DNA of 64,000 nt from Oikopleura dioica (Eukaryota; Animalia; Chordata), in NCBI GenBank assembly GCA_907165135.1, contig OU015568.1:16193208-16257207 (forward strand), written 5' to 3'. Below, piece by piece: positions 21,360-33,764 of the stretch (the stretch's first letter is position 1; the number at the start of each line of letters is the position of its first letter). The position numbers and the translations under genes are program-made. Below the pieces are notes generated by a model, which worked only from the letters and a program-made list of their open reading frames with translations, ran no database searches and was not told the origin of the DNA.

Positions 21360-24166
21360 ATGCAAGTTTCAACGCATCCAAAAGAATTGACAAGAGAAGC
21401 TGTTGAGAAATGGCTGGAAGATTTTAAAAAGAAATTGAAAAGAACGACAAGCAGAGATGATTTGGACAGATTGATTTTGTCGGTGGAGAGAAAAGATTTT
21501 AAATATCATTCTTATGCTGACTGGGAGGCGGCTATTTTTGAAAATGGAAAAGTCTCGTTTCCGAATAAATGGCGAGAAAATGGGGGGCTAACCAAAATCA
21601 GTAAGTCTGGAGCTAGGACATGACACCGTAGAACCAAATAAGAAAGTATCATACATTCAAGGACCGAATAAGAAAGTATCATACATTGAAGAACGGAATA
21701 AGAAAGTATCATACATCGAAGGATCGAACTATAATGGAAATCCAATCCAAGAACGATGCAAAATTGGATCGGGCATACATTTGAAAATCCATACGGATGG
21801 GTTTCTTATAGGCCGGTAGGCCTAATACGGCAATCTTATTGGTTCCAAAAAATGTGATCCTTTAATGCATGATACTAATCTAATTTGGTACTTGAATGTA
21901 TGATACTTTCTTGTTCCGTTCTTGGATGTCCCGTCCTAGCTCCAAACTTACTGATTTTGGTTTGAGCCTAAAATGGGCAATAACTTCATTTCAAAAAATG
22001 ATCCTCGACAAGAATCCGCAACTAAACGGTCGAAAAATAAAACGCTCAGAACTTAAAGAAGAAACCGGAGAATGGACTATCGACGAATTTCTTCAGCGAA
22101 AATTAATTTCAGCTGGAGGAGAAGCGATTGTTTTGGAAGAAAAATTTGGAGAATTGAAAGTTGCGGTTCGGGTTCAGGCTTTTGACTCGGCGCTTTTTAC
22201 GGGGAAGACTGAAGAAATGGAATATGAAATTAATCTTTCCAATGGTATTTATATTTTCTTAAAATAGTTTCTCCTTTTTAAGACTACGATACCGCTGATA
22301 ACGACGAAAAAGATGACGCTGAAGTTATTCCTGTCCATCCAAACGTGATTAAAAACTTCTGCAACATCGAAATTTTCTCGAGAAAAGACGAGAAAAGACA
22401 CGACTGCCTTGGATGGATTACGATTATGGAGAAATGCGACTCAGATTTGAGAAGCAGATTGAAGAAAGAAGATTTGAGCTTGGAAGAGAGGAAGAAAATT
22501 GCGATTGGAGTGAGAGCGGGATACGAGTATATGGAGAGCATTGGAATTTGGCATCGCGATCCGAAGCCGGAAAATATTTTATTGAAAAATGGAGAATGCA
22601 AATGGATTGATTTTGGAACTATTTCGGAAAAAACTGGAAGAGAGAGCTATCGAAGAATGGGCTTCGCGAGGGAAGGGAGCAAATATAGAGATTATAGCTA
22701 TTTATGTAAGTTAAAAATTGAAATTAGTTGAAAATAATTTGCTCGTGTGTTTATTTTTTCTCAGATGCTGGATCTGCTGCCTTTTCGGAAAGTATTCAAC
22801 TTTGTGAAGGAGGAGGAGGAGGAAGTTCACCACTTCACGTTTTCATTCTTTGTGATTGGAAGACAGCGTGGAGTCTTCTTTTTAAACCGATCGAAGGAGA
22901 CGAAAGAGATAAAATTAAAGAAGAACTAAAGGTACGAGCTCGTTTCTGCGGACTAAACCAATTTTTGGAAGTGTATATTTGGATTCCCAATAAGATTGCT
23001 GTATTTGGCCTACCGGCCAATAAAAACCCTTTCCATAAAATTTAGTTCCAAAAATTGGTTTTACCCGTTTCTGCAATTAAAGAAACATTTCAAGTCGTGC
23101 AATGCTCAGTGGCTCCCAAGACGGATTCCATCAACCGAAGAAATCAAAAACTTGTCAAAAATCATATCTTTAAAAAACGCGTCTTCTGCTTTTTGCCTCG
23201 ATGATCCTTATTTGACAAAGTCTTCGGCAATGGCCAATCTCAAACAGAAACTGACAAGACAAATCAATTTCGACTTCAAAAATGTGACGAAAAATGTTTT
23301 AAATCAGAAAGAAAGCAATCTTTGTGTTCCCATTTCGGTTTCTGTTCTTTTGAGATGGGCGGCCAAAAATGATTTGAAAACTGATCATTGGAAAATGGAA
23401 GGATATTTTACTCTCGAAAAAATCTTCACAAAACTGACGATGATAATTTATCCGCGCAGTTTGGCTGGTTTCAATCTAAACCCGAAAAAAGAAGAACAAG
23501 AATTTCAAACAAACGAAATTGAATTGCTTCTTAGAAGAATGAAGTTCAGAACTTATTTGAAAGAAAGTGGATGGGAAATTGTAAAACCCATCTCGATAAA
23601 CGCGAACTTTGATTTTGAAAGAGGTTTTTATAAATAGCTAAATTCACCAGTCATAAAATATCTAGTCCTCCTCCATCATAACTTCGCGTTCACCCGCCCC
23701 TTAACCGTTACCGGCTGTTACCTGAATCCCGACGGTTCAATAATATTCCACCAAATGGTGCTGGACCGAATCGAAAACTCCGAATTCATTCTCCAAAACA
23801 CTTTAATCGACCTTTCCGGCTCTCAAATCAGAATTCCTCTTTCCAGAGAATTCAATGCTTCTGAAGAAATGATGAAAGATTGCTACAACTGCCACAACGA
23901 TTTTGTATATTTTGGAGACAACAACGAGTATTTAGAGTTAGTCAACGAACAATTTAACATGGAAAAAGAAAAATGGTATCTCCTGCCTCAAGCTTACTCA
24001 ATTACTCTTACTAAAACTCAAAAAGATTCAGAAAGCTCTGAAAGTTCGATTGACGATGATGATTCAGAAAACCAGGTAAAATTCAATTAAGCTTTTATAT
24101 TCTAGTTTTTAACATAAGATGTTCGACAAAGGAAATTCTGAAGATTATTGGAGCAGTGACGAATAA
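21360..24166 (+). CDS. Kinase-papain fusion copy B; exon 1 interrupted by a MITE (possible pseudogene)
   Basis: Same exon layout as copy A. HRDPKPENILL, DFG, NQKESNLC, HQMVL and ILQNT are present. Insertions at 21585-21969 and 22949-23067. Confidence 0.65.
21585..21969. mobile_element. hAT-like MITE with internal 30-bp repeats
   Basis: About 35-bp TIR ggct(c)aaccaaaatcagtaagt(c/t)tggagctaggac. Probable 8-bp TSD aaaatggg. Three copies of aataagaaagtatcatacat. Absent from copies A and C. Confidence 0.75.
22949..23067. mobile_element. 119-bp mini-MITE inside intron 3 of copy B
   Basis: TIR cgg..aaaccaatttttggaa / ttccaaaaattggttttacccg. TSD tttctg. The internal segment is shared, inverted, with 21795-21850. 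Confidence 0.7.
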
Positions 24167-24445
24167 ATTTTGAAGAAACTTAAATCATCTTTATCATATA
24201 ACTATGTTGATTATATCATATTTTTGGTTAAAATAAAGAAAGAAGGAGAATTTTTATCAGTCTTTATTCTGCAGTAATTATCAAACGTCATAATTACTTT
24301 TGAATTTTGCGTTTTATTCTCTCAATTCCTTAGTTCGTTTTTCGCAAAAATAAATATTCTCTCAGACGACACTTTTAGTTATAAATAATATCTATTAAAG
24401 AGCCAGGAAAAAGAAGAAATGCAGCAAAAATAAATGAACAAAGTA

Positions 24446-26412
24446 CTATCTTCTCACATCGTAGCGTGAAAACTGTTTCGAAAGCTCCAGTTTCGTATTT
24501 CGACTTACATCTCCAAGCCGCCTCGAGAGCGAGCCCTTCTTGTCCAGCGTGAAGCTCCGCGCCTCCTGGACGTTGCAAACGAGCGACTCCAGCGTCGAAA
24601 CGGGAACTTTTCGTTCGCTCTGTCGGGGGCGCGTTATTTCGTGGCTTTTGCTTCGCTGGGGCGGCGCTGGTTTCTGCGCTTTTCCGTCCTGCTCTTTTAT
24701 CGGGTGCAGCTTGCGCAGACGATGGCAAACCGTCGCACTAGAGAGCACAGTAATAATTCAAGTCTGCATCGCTCACACTTACGCTGGCCACTGATGGATG
24801 ATATTCAAGTTGCCATTGGCGTCGCCCGCCATCTTCGTCTTCGGCGGCAACATAACATTACTCTCCTCCTTCATCAAATACTCATTTTAGGTCAAAACAT
24901 GCTTTTATTCCACGAAAATTGTACATAAACTGCAAGAGCAAAAATATAATTTAATACGTTCTTCGCGTAAGATTCGCCAAGACTTTGTATTTGTTCTGAC
25001 CCAAACGTGGCTTGGAGTGGATCTCTTTGCTTGTGTGCGATTGCCGTGGCGATTGTTTTGATACTTTTTCCAGGTAAGAAATTATGGCCTTTTTACTGTT
25101 TACTGAGCTTGGCACCCTGTGTAGAAAACCTGAGTCAGGGTCCGAAAAAGCTGAAACTAAAGCCGCGCAGCGGCTTCTTTTAAAAACGAAGCCGCGAAGC
25201 GGCTTTGCTTATATATTTTTCTATTAAATACTGGCGAAGCCGCTCTGCGGCTTCGTTTGCAAAAAAGCCGCGGTGCGGCTTTTGTTTTAGACTTTTCAGA
25301 CCATGACTCAGGTTTTCTCCACAGGTTTCCTAGCGCAGCTACTGTATCTCCATCTTGAAAATGATTTAAATTCTTACCCCTGCCTTGTATTCTCGGCGAG
25401 TTAAGTTTCCCTGGTGAGAGTTGGAGGCGATCGTTATTGCATATTAGCTTTTTCATATTCAATGGCTTCATTATGATCCTGTTCAGCGGCATTGCGTGCT
25501 GCTCTCCTGAATTCCATGTTAATCTCCCTTTCCCAATAATGACTTTACCTTTTGACGAGCGCTGCATCAGAAGATCGGAAAGGCGTTTCTTGAGTTCGAT
25601 AGGATCCACTGGAGCCGAGAATTGTTTATGCTGTGTTATGTCTAAATCCGAAATCAAGGAAGAGAATGAAAACCGAAAACTTACCGGGAATTACTTTTTG
25701 CTTATCATTGCTGTGTGGTATCTTTGCTGAAGCTGTTCGATTTTTCGTCTTTGATTCTGAGAATTTGCGCGATCGATTCGCCGCCGTCTGGTTTGGCGGG
25801 TTCGGCTTTGGTCGACGCTTTTTCGGAATCAGCACGACCGGCGGGTCGAAATTAGACGGCCGCTTCCACGGACCAAACTCAGTGTAGCACTCTTCTTCTT
25901 GAGGCATCCATTTTAGTTTACACAGACGCTTTGAAATCTCCACCACCATCTATCAAATAAATTATATTTTTGTCAATGGTTATCGAAACTGACCTTGGGT
26001 ACGGCAGCTTCCATTCGCTCCTTTAGCTCTTTTACGTCCGTTATTTTCGAGTAGTCATAAGGATTGTCCATGTCCTGGGAGTTGAGTAACGGCAGCTCTC
26101 GTAGCAGACGATAGTTTTCACCTTGTTTTCCATAGATATCTAAGAATTGCTTGGTAAAGGTTCTATGAGTATTCTTACGTATGTCAGGCTCCTTGTTGGA
26201 AGACTCGCTCTGCTCCATGAGTTCGATCAAGTCTTCTTCTCTTTGACACATATCCATGTAGAAATTTACGATGCTGCTTTTATCCTCTGATCCTTGGACT
26301 TCTTTGGCGGACCTTTTCTTTTTGACGCTCTCCTTGTTAATGATTATGGTCTGTACTTTTGACGCAGTCTTACCTTGATGGTCCGCCGTCGCGGCCCATT
26401 TTCATTTTTCAT
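24446..26412 (-). CDS. 475-aa basic hypothetical protein (convergent partner of the kinase-papain gene), 7 exons
   Basis: Exons 26412-26374, 26332-25994, 25949-25685, 25641-25378, 25088-24958, 24880-24783 and 24737-24446 total 1428 nt. All GT-AG and in phase. Divergence from the paralogous last exon is synonymous only. Confidence 0.7.
25105..25345. mobile_element. CCTGAGTCAGG-family MITE in intron 4 of the partner gene
   Basis: tgtagaaaacctgagtcagggt ... gactcaggttttctccacagg, with internal aagccgc..gcggctt hairpins. Confidence 0.8.
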
Positions 26413-26623
26413 TTTTCTTTTTATGTGACCGCGTTCTTTTCTAGGTCAAATTCATAAAAAGGCTCCTTCTCTGATTCTTTTATTTCAACTAATGAATTTT
26501 CACCTAAAACAACAAGTGTTCCAAGGTGTTCTAGAGAAATCTAAGTCGACCTTATGAATCTTTATTTAACCAAATCATTGCAAATTCAGTGTCATCAAAA
26601 AGGTATGAGGCCGTCAGCAGACA

Positions 26624-26841
26624 ATGGTACTATCAATTAGCTTATCTTCTGTGCTTATTTTTGCTTGTTTAATTATTCAAGTATTCAACCAATTATGGGA
26701 AGGTACTGAAGCTGCTCGCAGTAAAATATTTATTCCGCTGAAAGAGATTATAGTTATCTCTTCACAGATCGGTATTTTTGTCAAATAGAAGAGAAAAATG
26801 TGCCTTCCTGTCAAACCAGGTATGAAGATGGAAGTTCTTGA
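26624..26841 (+). CDS. Candidate ~56-aa secreted peptide (2 exons, 2 Cys in the mature part)
   Basis: Hydrophobic N-terminus MVLSISLSSVLIFACLIIQVF. A GT-AG intron gives ...NRYFCQIEEKNVPSCQTRYEDGSS. Confidence 0.3.
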
Positions 26842-26919
26842 GGATTTCTAATTACAGTCAATTTCATGGTAGGAGATCATACAACGAGAGTTTCATTCTT
26901 CGAAGCCCACACTCATTCC

Positions 26920-27105
26920 ATGACCCGTTTGCTTTTCTTGCCTCTGATTCTTATTGCTTTGCTGTTCGTAAGTAAACCCACTAAAGCACAAGCAGTACTT
27001 GAGATTAAGTTTGGAATGGTAATTTCACATTGGGCTTACAGAAGAAAATTGAAAATGGAGAAGTCTACTTCCACACATTCCGTTTTCACCACTACAATCG
27101 ATTAG
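26920..27105 (+). CDS. Candidate small secreted peptide
   Basis: MTRLLFLPLILIALLFVSKPTKAQA looks like a signal peptide. Confidence 0.25.
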   Translation: MTRLLFLPLILIALLFVSKPTKAQAVLEIKFGMVISHWAYRRKLKMEKSTSTHSVFTTTID

Positions 27106-27307
27106 TATTTCTAAAGAAAAATCCTTGTAATAAAATTTTTGAAAGCTCTTGCAAGCTTTTTTTCACCCATTGTTTTTTGAAAAGCAGTTTGGTTTCACCG
27201 CGGGGCGAGCGTAAGAGTCATCAATTTGAGTAAATATTTCACATTCTGTAACCGATCGAGAGAATAAATCAAATGAAGAATTGAACGGTGATTTGAAGAG
27301 GCAAAAA

Positions 27308-29076
27308 ATGGTAGAAGAGAGCAAAATTTCGTTTCTCAGCAAACTTAGTTTTTTCTCCTCGATTGGTGGGCTTTTATTTGGCTATGATACAGGGGTTGTT
27401 TCTGGGGCGTTACTCTTAGGAACGATTTGAAATCGGGGTTAATTTAACGGTGGATGATTGAAATGAAAATCGGAAAAAAGTAACCGAGGAATTCAAATTG
27501 ACAACGATCGAGCAAGAACTGGTGGTAACATCGACGATCGCGTTCGCGGCAATATTCTCCCTTGCGGCTGGTTTTCTCAATGCACAATTGGGACGCAGAT
27601 TGACCATTATTATTTCATCCTTTCTATTTGCTCTTGGTTCAGTATGCATGGCTGCTTCTTCTGGATTCGCAACATTGATGATTGGAAGAGCGATTGTTGG
27701 AACTGGTCTGGGAGTATCTTCCATGTCGATTCCGCTGTATTTATCCGAATGTGCGCCGTCGGATGTCAGAGGCAAAATTGTGACTGTAAATAACCTCTCG
27801 ATCACGGGCGGTCAACTTATCGCTGCTCTCATCGACGGGGCATTTAGTAAAGTCCCTGGTGGTTGGCGCTGGATGCTCGGTCTTGCCTTCATTCCTGCTG
27901 TGATACAGTTCTTGGGCTTCATATTTCTTATGCCGGAATCCCCCCGTTACATCATCGAGCACAAAACATACTACGAAGCAAAAGAAGTCCTTGCCAAGAT
28001 TCGAGCTGACGATGACGTCGATGAAGAGCTCGACGAGATGAAGCGGGAAGTAGAATTGAACAAGCACTCGAATTGGCGCGATCTTTTCAAAACAAAAAAT
28101 GGAAGACACGCGAGTTTCATCGGATGTTGCCTGCAATTATTCCAGCAGCTTGTCGGGATAAATACGGTCATGTACTACAGTGCGACTATTATTTACATGT
28201 CTGGAATGGTAACAAATCCATCCGCTGCAATCTGGCTCGCCGCACTTACAGCTTCAGTTAATTTCGGCGCCACTCTCATCGGCTTGTTTTCGATAGAGCG
28301 AATCGGTCGTCGAATTCTAGCTCTCATTTCTGTCGCTGGGAGCTTTGCTAGCCTTCTTTTACTCTCAGGTGGCTTTTACTGGAACGATTCTCTGGAAGAA
28401 AAAGTCACGAGCAATGGAACGGACGCACACTGCAACTCTTACTTCAATGAAATTTGTGGAAATTGCGTTTCCGACGCCTCCTGTGGATTTTGCTCTCAAA
28501 ACGGCGTACAAAGCTGTCTACCAGTCAACCAATCGACTTGCACAAATGATAATGGCTCGTTTTGGTCGGAAGAGTACTGCCCAAAAACTACTGCTTCGTG
28601 GATGCCTCTTCTCGGCATGATTTTATATTTGTTTTTCTTCGCGTCTGGAATGGGACCCGTTCCATGGGCAGTCAACTCCGAGATTTTTCCGCATAGTTGT
28701 CGGGAGGCAGGGATAGCCTTGTCAACTACAGGAAAGGGGTTTGTTTTTCAGCAATTAACAGTTCATATGGGACTTTTTATTGAATTATATTCACAAAATC
28801 AAACCCATAAAAGTCAACTGGCTCTCCAACTGCATCATCTCTCTGACTTTTTTATCCTTACTCGAAGCGGTCGGAACAGCTGGCGGATTTCTAGTGTACT
28901 CAATCTTCGCACTAGTAGCTCTTATCGTCTTGTTCTTATTTCTTCCCGAAACAAAAAGCGTGCCGCTAGAAGACATCGCCGAAGTCCTCGAAGAAGGATG
29001 GATCGTTCCTTTCAAAAGAAGCTGCAATCCAGAAGAAAACGACTTACAGGTCTTAGTTGATGACACTGACGACTGA
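27308..29076 (+). CDS. SLC2A13: MFS sugar porter, proton myo-inositol cotransporter (HMIT)-like, 3 exons
   Basis: GGLLFGYDTGVVSG, GRR, PLYLSECAP, PESPR, QQLVGINTVMYYS, GMGPVPWAVNSEIFP and PETK motifs. Cys-rich loop typical of HMIT. Introns 27420-27480 and 28732-28813 are GA-AG. Confidence 0.85.
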
Positions 29077-29352
29077 TCTCACAAAATCGCATTTAAAATT
29101 GATCGCCAACAAACAGTTCATGCACAAACTTATTTTCCTTTCAATAAAATTTCTTCATACAAGATTTTTTTTGTATATTTAAAATTATAAGCTATTACTT
29201 ATTTACTAATTAAGTAAATTTGCTTTATTGGAATCATCAGTAAAAAATTTAAGAAGACTTGCTGACTAAAGTTTCTTCGGCCTTTTACCGAGATTTGGCC
29301 TGTCACTGTTGGAAGAAGTTTCAGAATTTCTTTTTCCCGTGACCTTAATAGT

Positions 29353-29969
29353 TTAATGAGCTTTTGAAAGCGAGAATAAATAAGGTAGAACCTGGTTTGG
29401 AGTTAGAGTTATTAAATACGCTTGTGGCAGGAGATACCACTTTTCTATTTTCATATTGAAATTTTCGTTGACCAAAGAAAAAGACTCGTTGTTGTCTCCA
29501 TAATATACAAAATCGTTGTAGCAGTTGTAGCATTCTTTCATCATTTCTTCTGAAGCGTAGAATTCGCGAGAAAGAGGAATTCGGACTTGAGAGCCAAAAT
29601 GGTCGATTAAAGTGTTTTGGAGAATGAATTCGGAGTTTTCGATTCGGTCAAGCACCATTTGGTGGAATAATATTGAGCCGTCGGGATTGAGGTAACAACC
29701 GGTGACGGTTAAGGGACGGGAGAAGGCGAAGTTGTGATGCAGGAGAACTAGAAATGTGATGAATAATTAGTTTGACTCTTTAAAACCTTTTTCATAATCA
29801 AATTTCTGTTCTCTGTAAATGTATTTTATACTATCCCATCCACTTTTATTCAAAAAGTTCTGAACTTCATTCTTCTGAGAAGCAATTCGATTTCGTTTTC
29901 TTGAAACTGTTGTTCTTCTTTTTCGGGTTGAGATTGAAGCCAGCCAAACTGCGTGGATAAATTACCATT
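29353..29969 (-). pseudogene. 3' part of kinase-papain copy C (after the foldback insertion)
   Basis: Continues TM|VIYPRSLAGFNLNPKKEE and contains HQMVLDRIENSEFILQNT. Joins 37606 exactly when the element is removed. Confidence 0.8.
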
Positions 29970-30383
29970 GGGACGGAAAAATATAAATTTTCGGTTTTGA
30001 CAAAATGTCGAAAACGTAACATTTTCAAAATTCTAAAAGTGCAGTTATCTCAAGCCTGAACTGCGATTCAAGAATTTTGAAAAAATTTTGTGATTTCATT
30101 ATTACGAAGCGTGGGCGGCGCGATCTAAGAAAAAGTTATGAACTCGCCTAGGGACCAGGCGTACTTATTTTTCAGATTTTTTAGACTCAATTATTCTCTA
30201 TGATCCAAGGATTGTCACAATTGCTTCAGATCGAAAATTGCTCATCGCAATCCTGAAATATTGCGTAATTTGTTATTTTCTCGTATAAACTATTAAATTA
30301 TTAAACCAATACTAATTATATTGAATAAATGGCCATGCTCGGCCGTTATATGGCCACTTATGGTCGAATTCGGTCGAGTCTGG

Positions 30384-30830
30384 CCGGAGGACTTCCCGGA
30401 GGACCACCCTGGTGGAAAACTAACTGCTGGAAGACCAATATTAAAAAAAAATAATAAATAGCCTAAGAGGAACAATTATTGCCACTTTTGTCGAGCTTTG
30501 GTCATTTTCTGCCGGAGGACCTCCCGGAGGACCAACCTGGTGGAAGACTATCTGCTGGAAGACCAATATTAACAAAAAATAATAAATAGCCTTACAGGAA
30601 CAATAATTGACATTTTCGGCAAGCTTTGGTCATTTTCTGCCGGAGGACCTCCCGGAGGACCAACCTGGTGGATGACTTACCGCTGGAAGACCAGTTTTAA
30701 CAAAAATTTCTGGATGACCATACAGGGCCAATAATTGCCATTAATGGCTAGTTTTGGTCATTTTCTACCGGAGGACTTTCTAAAGGACCGCCCTAAAGGA
30801 AAAATAACTACTTAAAGACCAACATTTGAG
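30384..30830 (+). repeat. 128-bp tandem repeat x~4 (left arm; mirrored at ~36745-37190)
   Basis: ccggaggac units start at 30384, 30512, 30640 and 30768. Confidence 0.85.
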
Positions 30831-31039
30831 AAACATTTGAAAAACCGTTTGGACCCTTTTGCTAAAAACCAACTATCTCAGGGCCAATATAACAAAAATT
30901 GCCTAAACAGTCAAAAAAACTTTGGGATGCCATAAATCCATGATAGACACAACAGAAACTGCATGTTTCTTAAAACCGTTTTCTTCGATATTATGCGTAA
31001 ACAAAGCCTTAACATAAATTAAACTAAGTCTGAGAATCA

Positions 31040-32130
31040 AAGCCGACCCGAAGGGAAGGCCACGCCTGTTTATTAAATTCAGTCAGGAACAGGACGAAGC
31101 CGACCCGAAGGTAAGGCCACACCTGTTTATTCAATTCAATCAGGGACAGAGCGAAGCCGACCCGAAGGGGAGGCCACGCCTGTTTATTCAATTCAGTCAG
31201 GGACAGGGCGAAGCCGACCCGAAGGGGAGGCGACGCCTGCTAATTCAATCCAGTCAGGGACAGGGCGAGGCTGGACCGAAGGGGAGGCAACGCCTTATTA
31301 TTAAATTCAGTCAGGGATAGGGCGAAGCCGACCCGAGGGGGAGGCAGCGCCTGTTTATTCAATTCAGTCAGGGACGGGGCGAAGCCGACCCGAAGGGGAG
31401 GCAACGCCTGTTCATTCAATGCAGTCAGGGATAGGGCGAAGCCGACCCGAAGGGGAGGCCACACCTGTTTGTTCAATTCAGTCAGGGACGGGGCGAAGCC
31501 GACCCGAAGGGGAGGCATCGCCTGTTTTTACGATTCAGTCAGGGACGGGGCGAAGCCGACCCGAAGGGGAGGCAACGCCTCTTTATTAAATTCAGTCAGG
31601 GACAGGGCGAAGCCGACCCGAAGGGGATGCCAGGCCTTTTTATATAATTCAGTCAGGGACCGGGTAAAGCAGACCCGAAGTGGAGGCAACGCCTGTTAAT
31701 TAAATTCAGTCAGGGACAGGGCGAAGCCGATCCAAAGGGGAGGCCAGGCCTGTTTATTCAATCGAATTGAGAGGGAACCAAGCCGACCCGAACGGGGGCA
31801 GTCCCATTTATATAATTCAGTCTGAGACAAGGCCAAGCCGACCCGGAGGGGGGGCAGCTTCGATCAGACAAGTCAGTCTCAAGATGGGCCAAGCCGACGC
31901 GAAGGATCGGCCAGTCCCGATTAGACAATTCAGTCTGAGGTGGGGCCAAGCCGACCCGAAGAGGAGGCATGCCCTGTTTACTTTATCCAGGTTAAGACGG
32001 GGCCAAGCCGACCCGAAGGGAAGGCCAGTCCCGTTAATTCAATTTTGTCCGAGACGGTGCAAAGCCGACCCGAAGAGGAGGCAAGCCCTGTTTACACTAT
32101 TCAGTCTGAAACGGGGCCAAGCAGACCCGA
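31040..32130 (+). repeat. 57-bp tandem array, left arm (~19 units)
   Basis: Unit cagtcagggacagggcgaagccgacccgaaggggaggcaacgcctgtttattcaatt. Units decay toward the inside. Confidence 0.9.
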
Positions 32131-33764
32131 ATTATCTCCTCGATCGCAGCTAAGGCACGTTGCTTCTGCAAACAAGTCTTAGGCGCCTGGAGCACAAATC
32201 CACATGTCCGCCCTTGAAGCCCACTTTGGACAATTTGATTATAGCCCTGGCCGCTTGTCGGAGAAAGCTTGCCGCAGCTGCTGAGGGTAAAGTCAAACTA
32301 GATTTCATCTAAGCTTATGGGCACTGTCATGTCCCAAAAGAGCCGTTCAAAGTGATAGACTGCTTAATCGTCTTTTTCGACAGATATTTCTTTAAAATGT
32401 ATTCTAGTCATGTTTTTTTCTACAAGAATGCATTCAAGAACAAAATTCTTGCTTTTCAACAAAAAGTTTCTGCTGACTTTCTGAGTCGATAATGAACAAT
32501 TTTCTCCAGAATTTTGGTTAAATATCTTGAAAAAAAACACAAGAACCACTGAACTAACATCGGACACAGAAGTGTTGCTTCAAATAGTTGCTACTAGCCG
32601 TTTTGTGGTACAAGGGCTCGGGGTCTAGACAACCTGGTATGACACAACAAAAACTTTGACCTCGAAAAAATCTGAAGAAAAAAGAATTGAGCATGTCATA
32701 ATTATTAAGTTTTTGAAATTAAAATTATAAAAATAATAATAATAATTGGTCATTATAATTTTGAAGTGTCAATCGTATTATCTCTGTCTCTCTCTTATAT
32801 ATCTCTTCAAACTGTTTTTGTTTTGATTAAAAACTCATATTTTCAAGACGCTCTAGAAGAAAAAATAACAAACAAAATACTGCTTGATTTCGCAATATTT
32901 ATTTTGGTGCCAGGTTCTGATAAAAATCGGTCCGAACAAAGGGTCAACTTCCGCCGAGAACAATGGGCTCAACCCTCGGGGGGAACAAAAAGATCCATGT
33001 TGCTCGGACCCCGGCACTAAATTCTAACTACTGAGGTGAAATTCTTTCAGTGATGATTGCAGATTGTTAGTGTTCTTTTTCAGCTTCTTTTCGAATTCTC
33101 GGAAGCTTCTTGAAATTTTTGTACTGTTCTTAGGGCTGAAAATGATAGAAGTGACGAACTCGGAAGAAAAGCTCGAATTTCATTATTCTATGATTCAGTT
33201 TTAATAATTATATTGTAAAATAAATTTATCGCAAGAAATCAGAGTGTTTGAGAGGCTTGACTTAATCTTTGTTTCTTTGCATCCTCGGTAAATGACATAT
33301 TTTTTTGATCAATTCTATCCAAACATCATCAAAGATGCATCCTCGAAGATGGGAGTCTGGATTCTCCATCGGTCAAAGCTTCATATATGCAACATCGAAG
33401 AAAGAATCGTCGTTGATGCCGCGTTTCTTCATATAAAGTGTCGTCTTGCATCGACATTTGTTCAGCATTCTTTTTAAACATTCTATCCTAGTTTTTCAAG
33501 GAAACTCTTAACAGATTTGAAACCTCCAGCCCAAAATAAGTACAACGGGCGACATAAACGTTTATTCGATTCGAAATTTGAACATTTCTGTGGAACACTT
33601 GTTCTCGGACAAAGAGCTTGTTTTCTTATTTTCAGTCAGAAAGCGCAATAAATTCGACATGTACTCGTCGATCCATTACCATCATCATCAAATTCCTCAA
33701 ATTCTATTTTAATCGGTGATCTGAAGGAATTAAATAAACTGGACTGGCCGACCCTTCGGATGGT

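Noticed and set aside
31240-32182. ORFs with repeated LRVGFA / PTRRGG peptides (also 36139-36339)
   Set aside because: By-products of the 57-bp (19-codon) periodicity.
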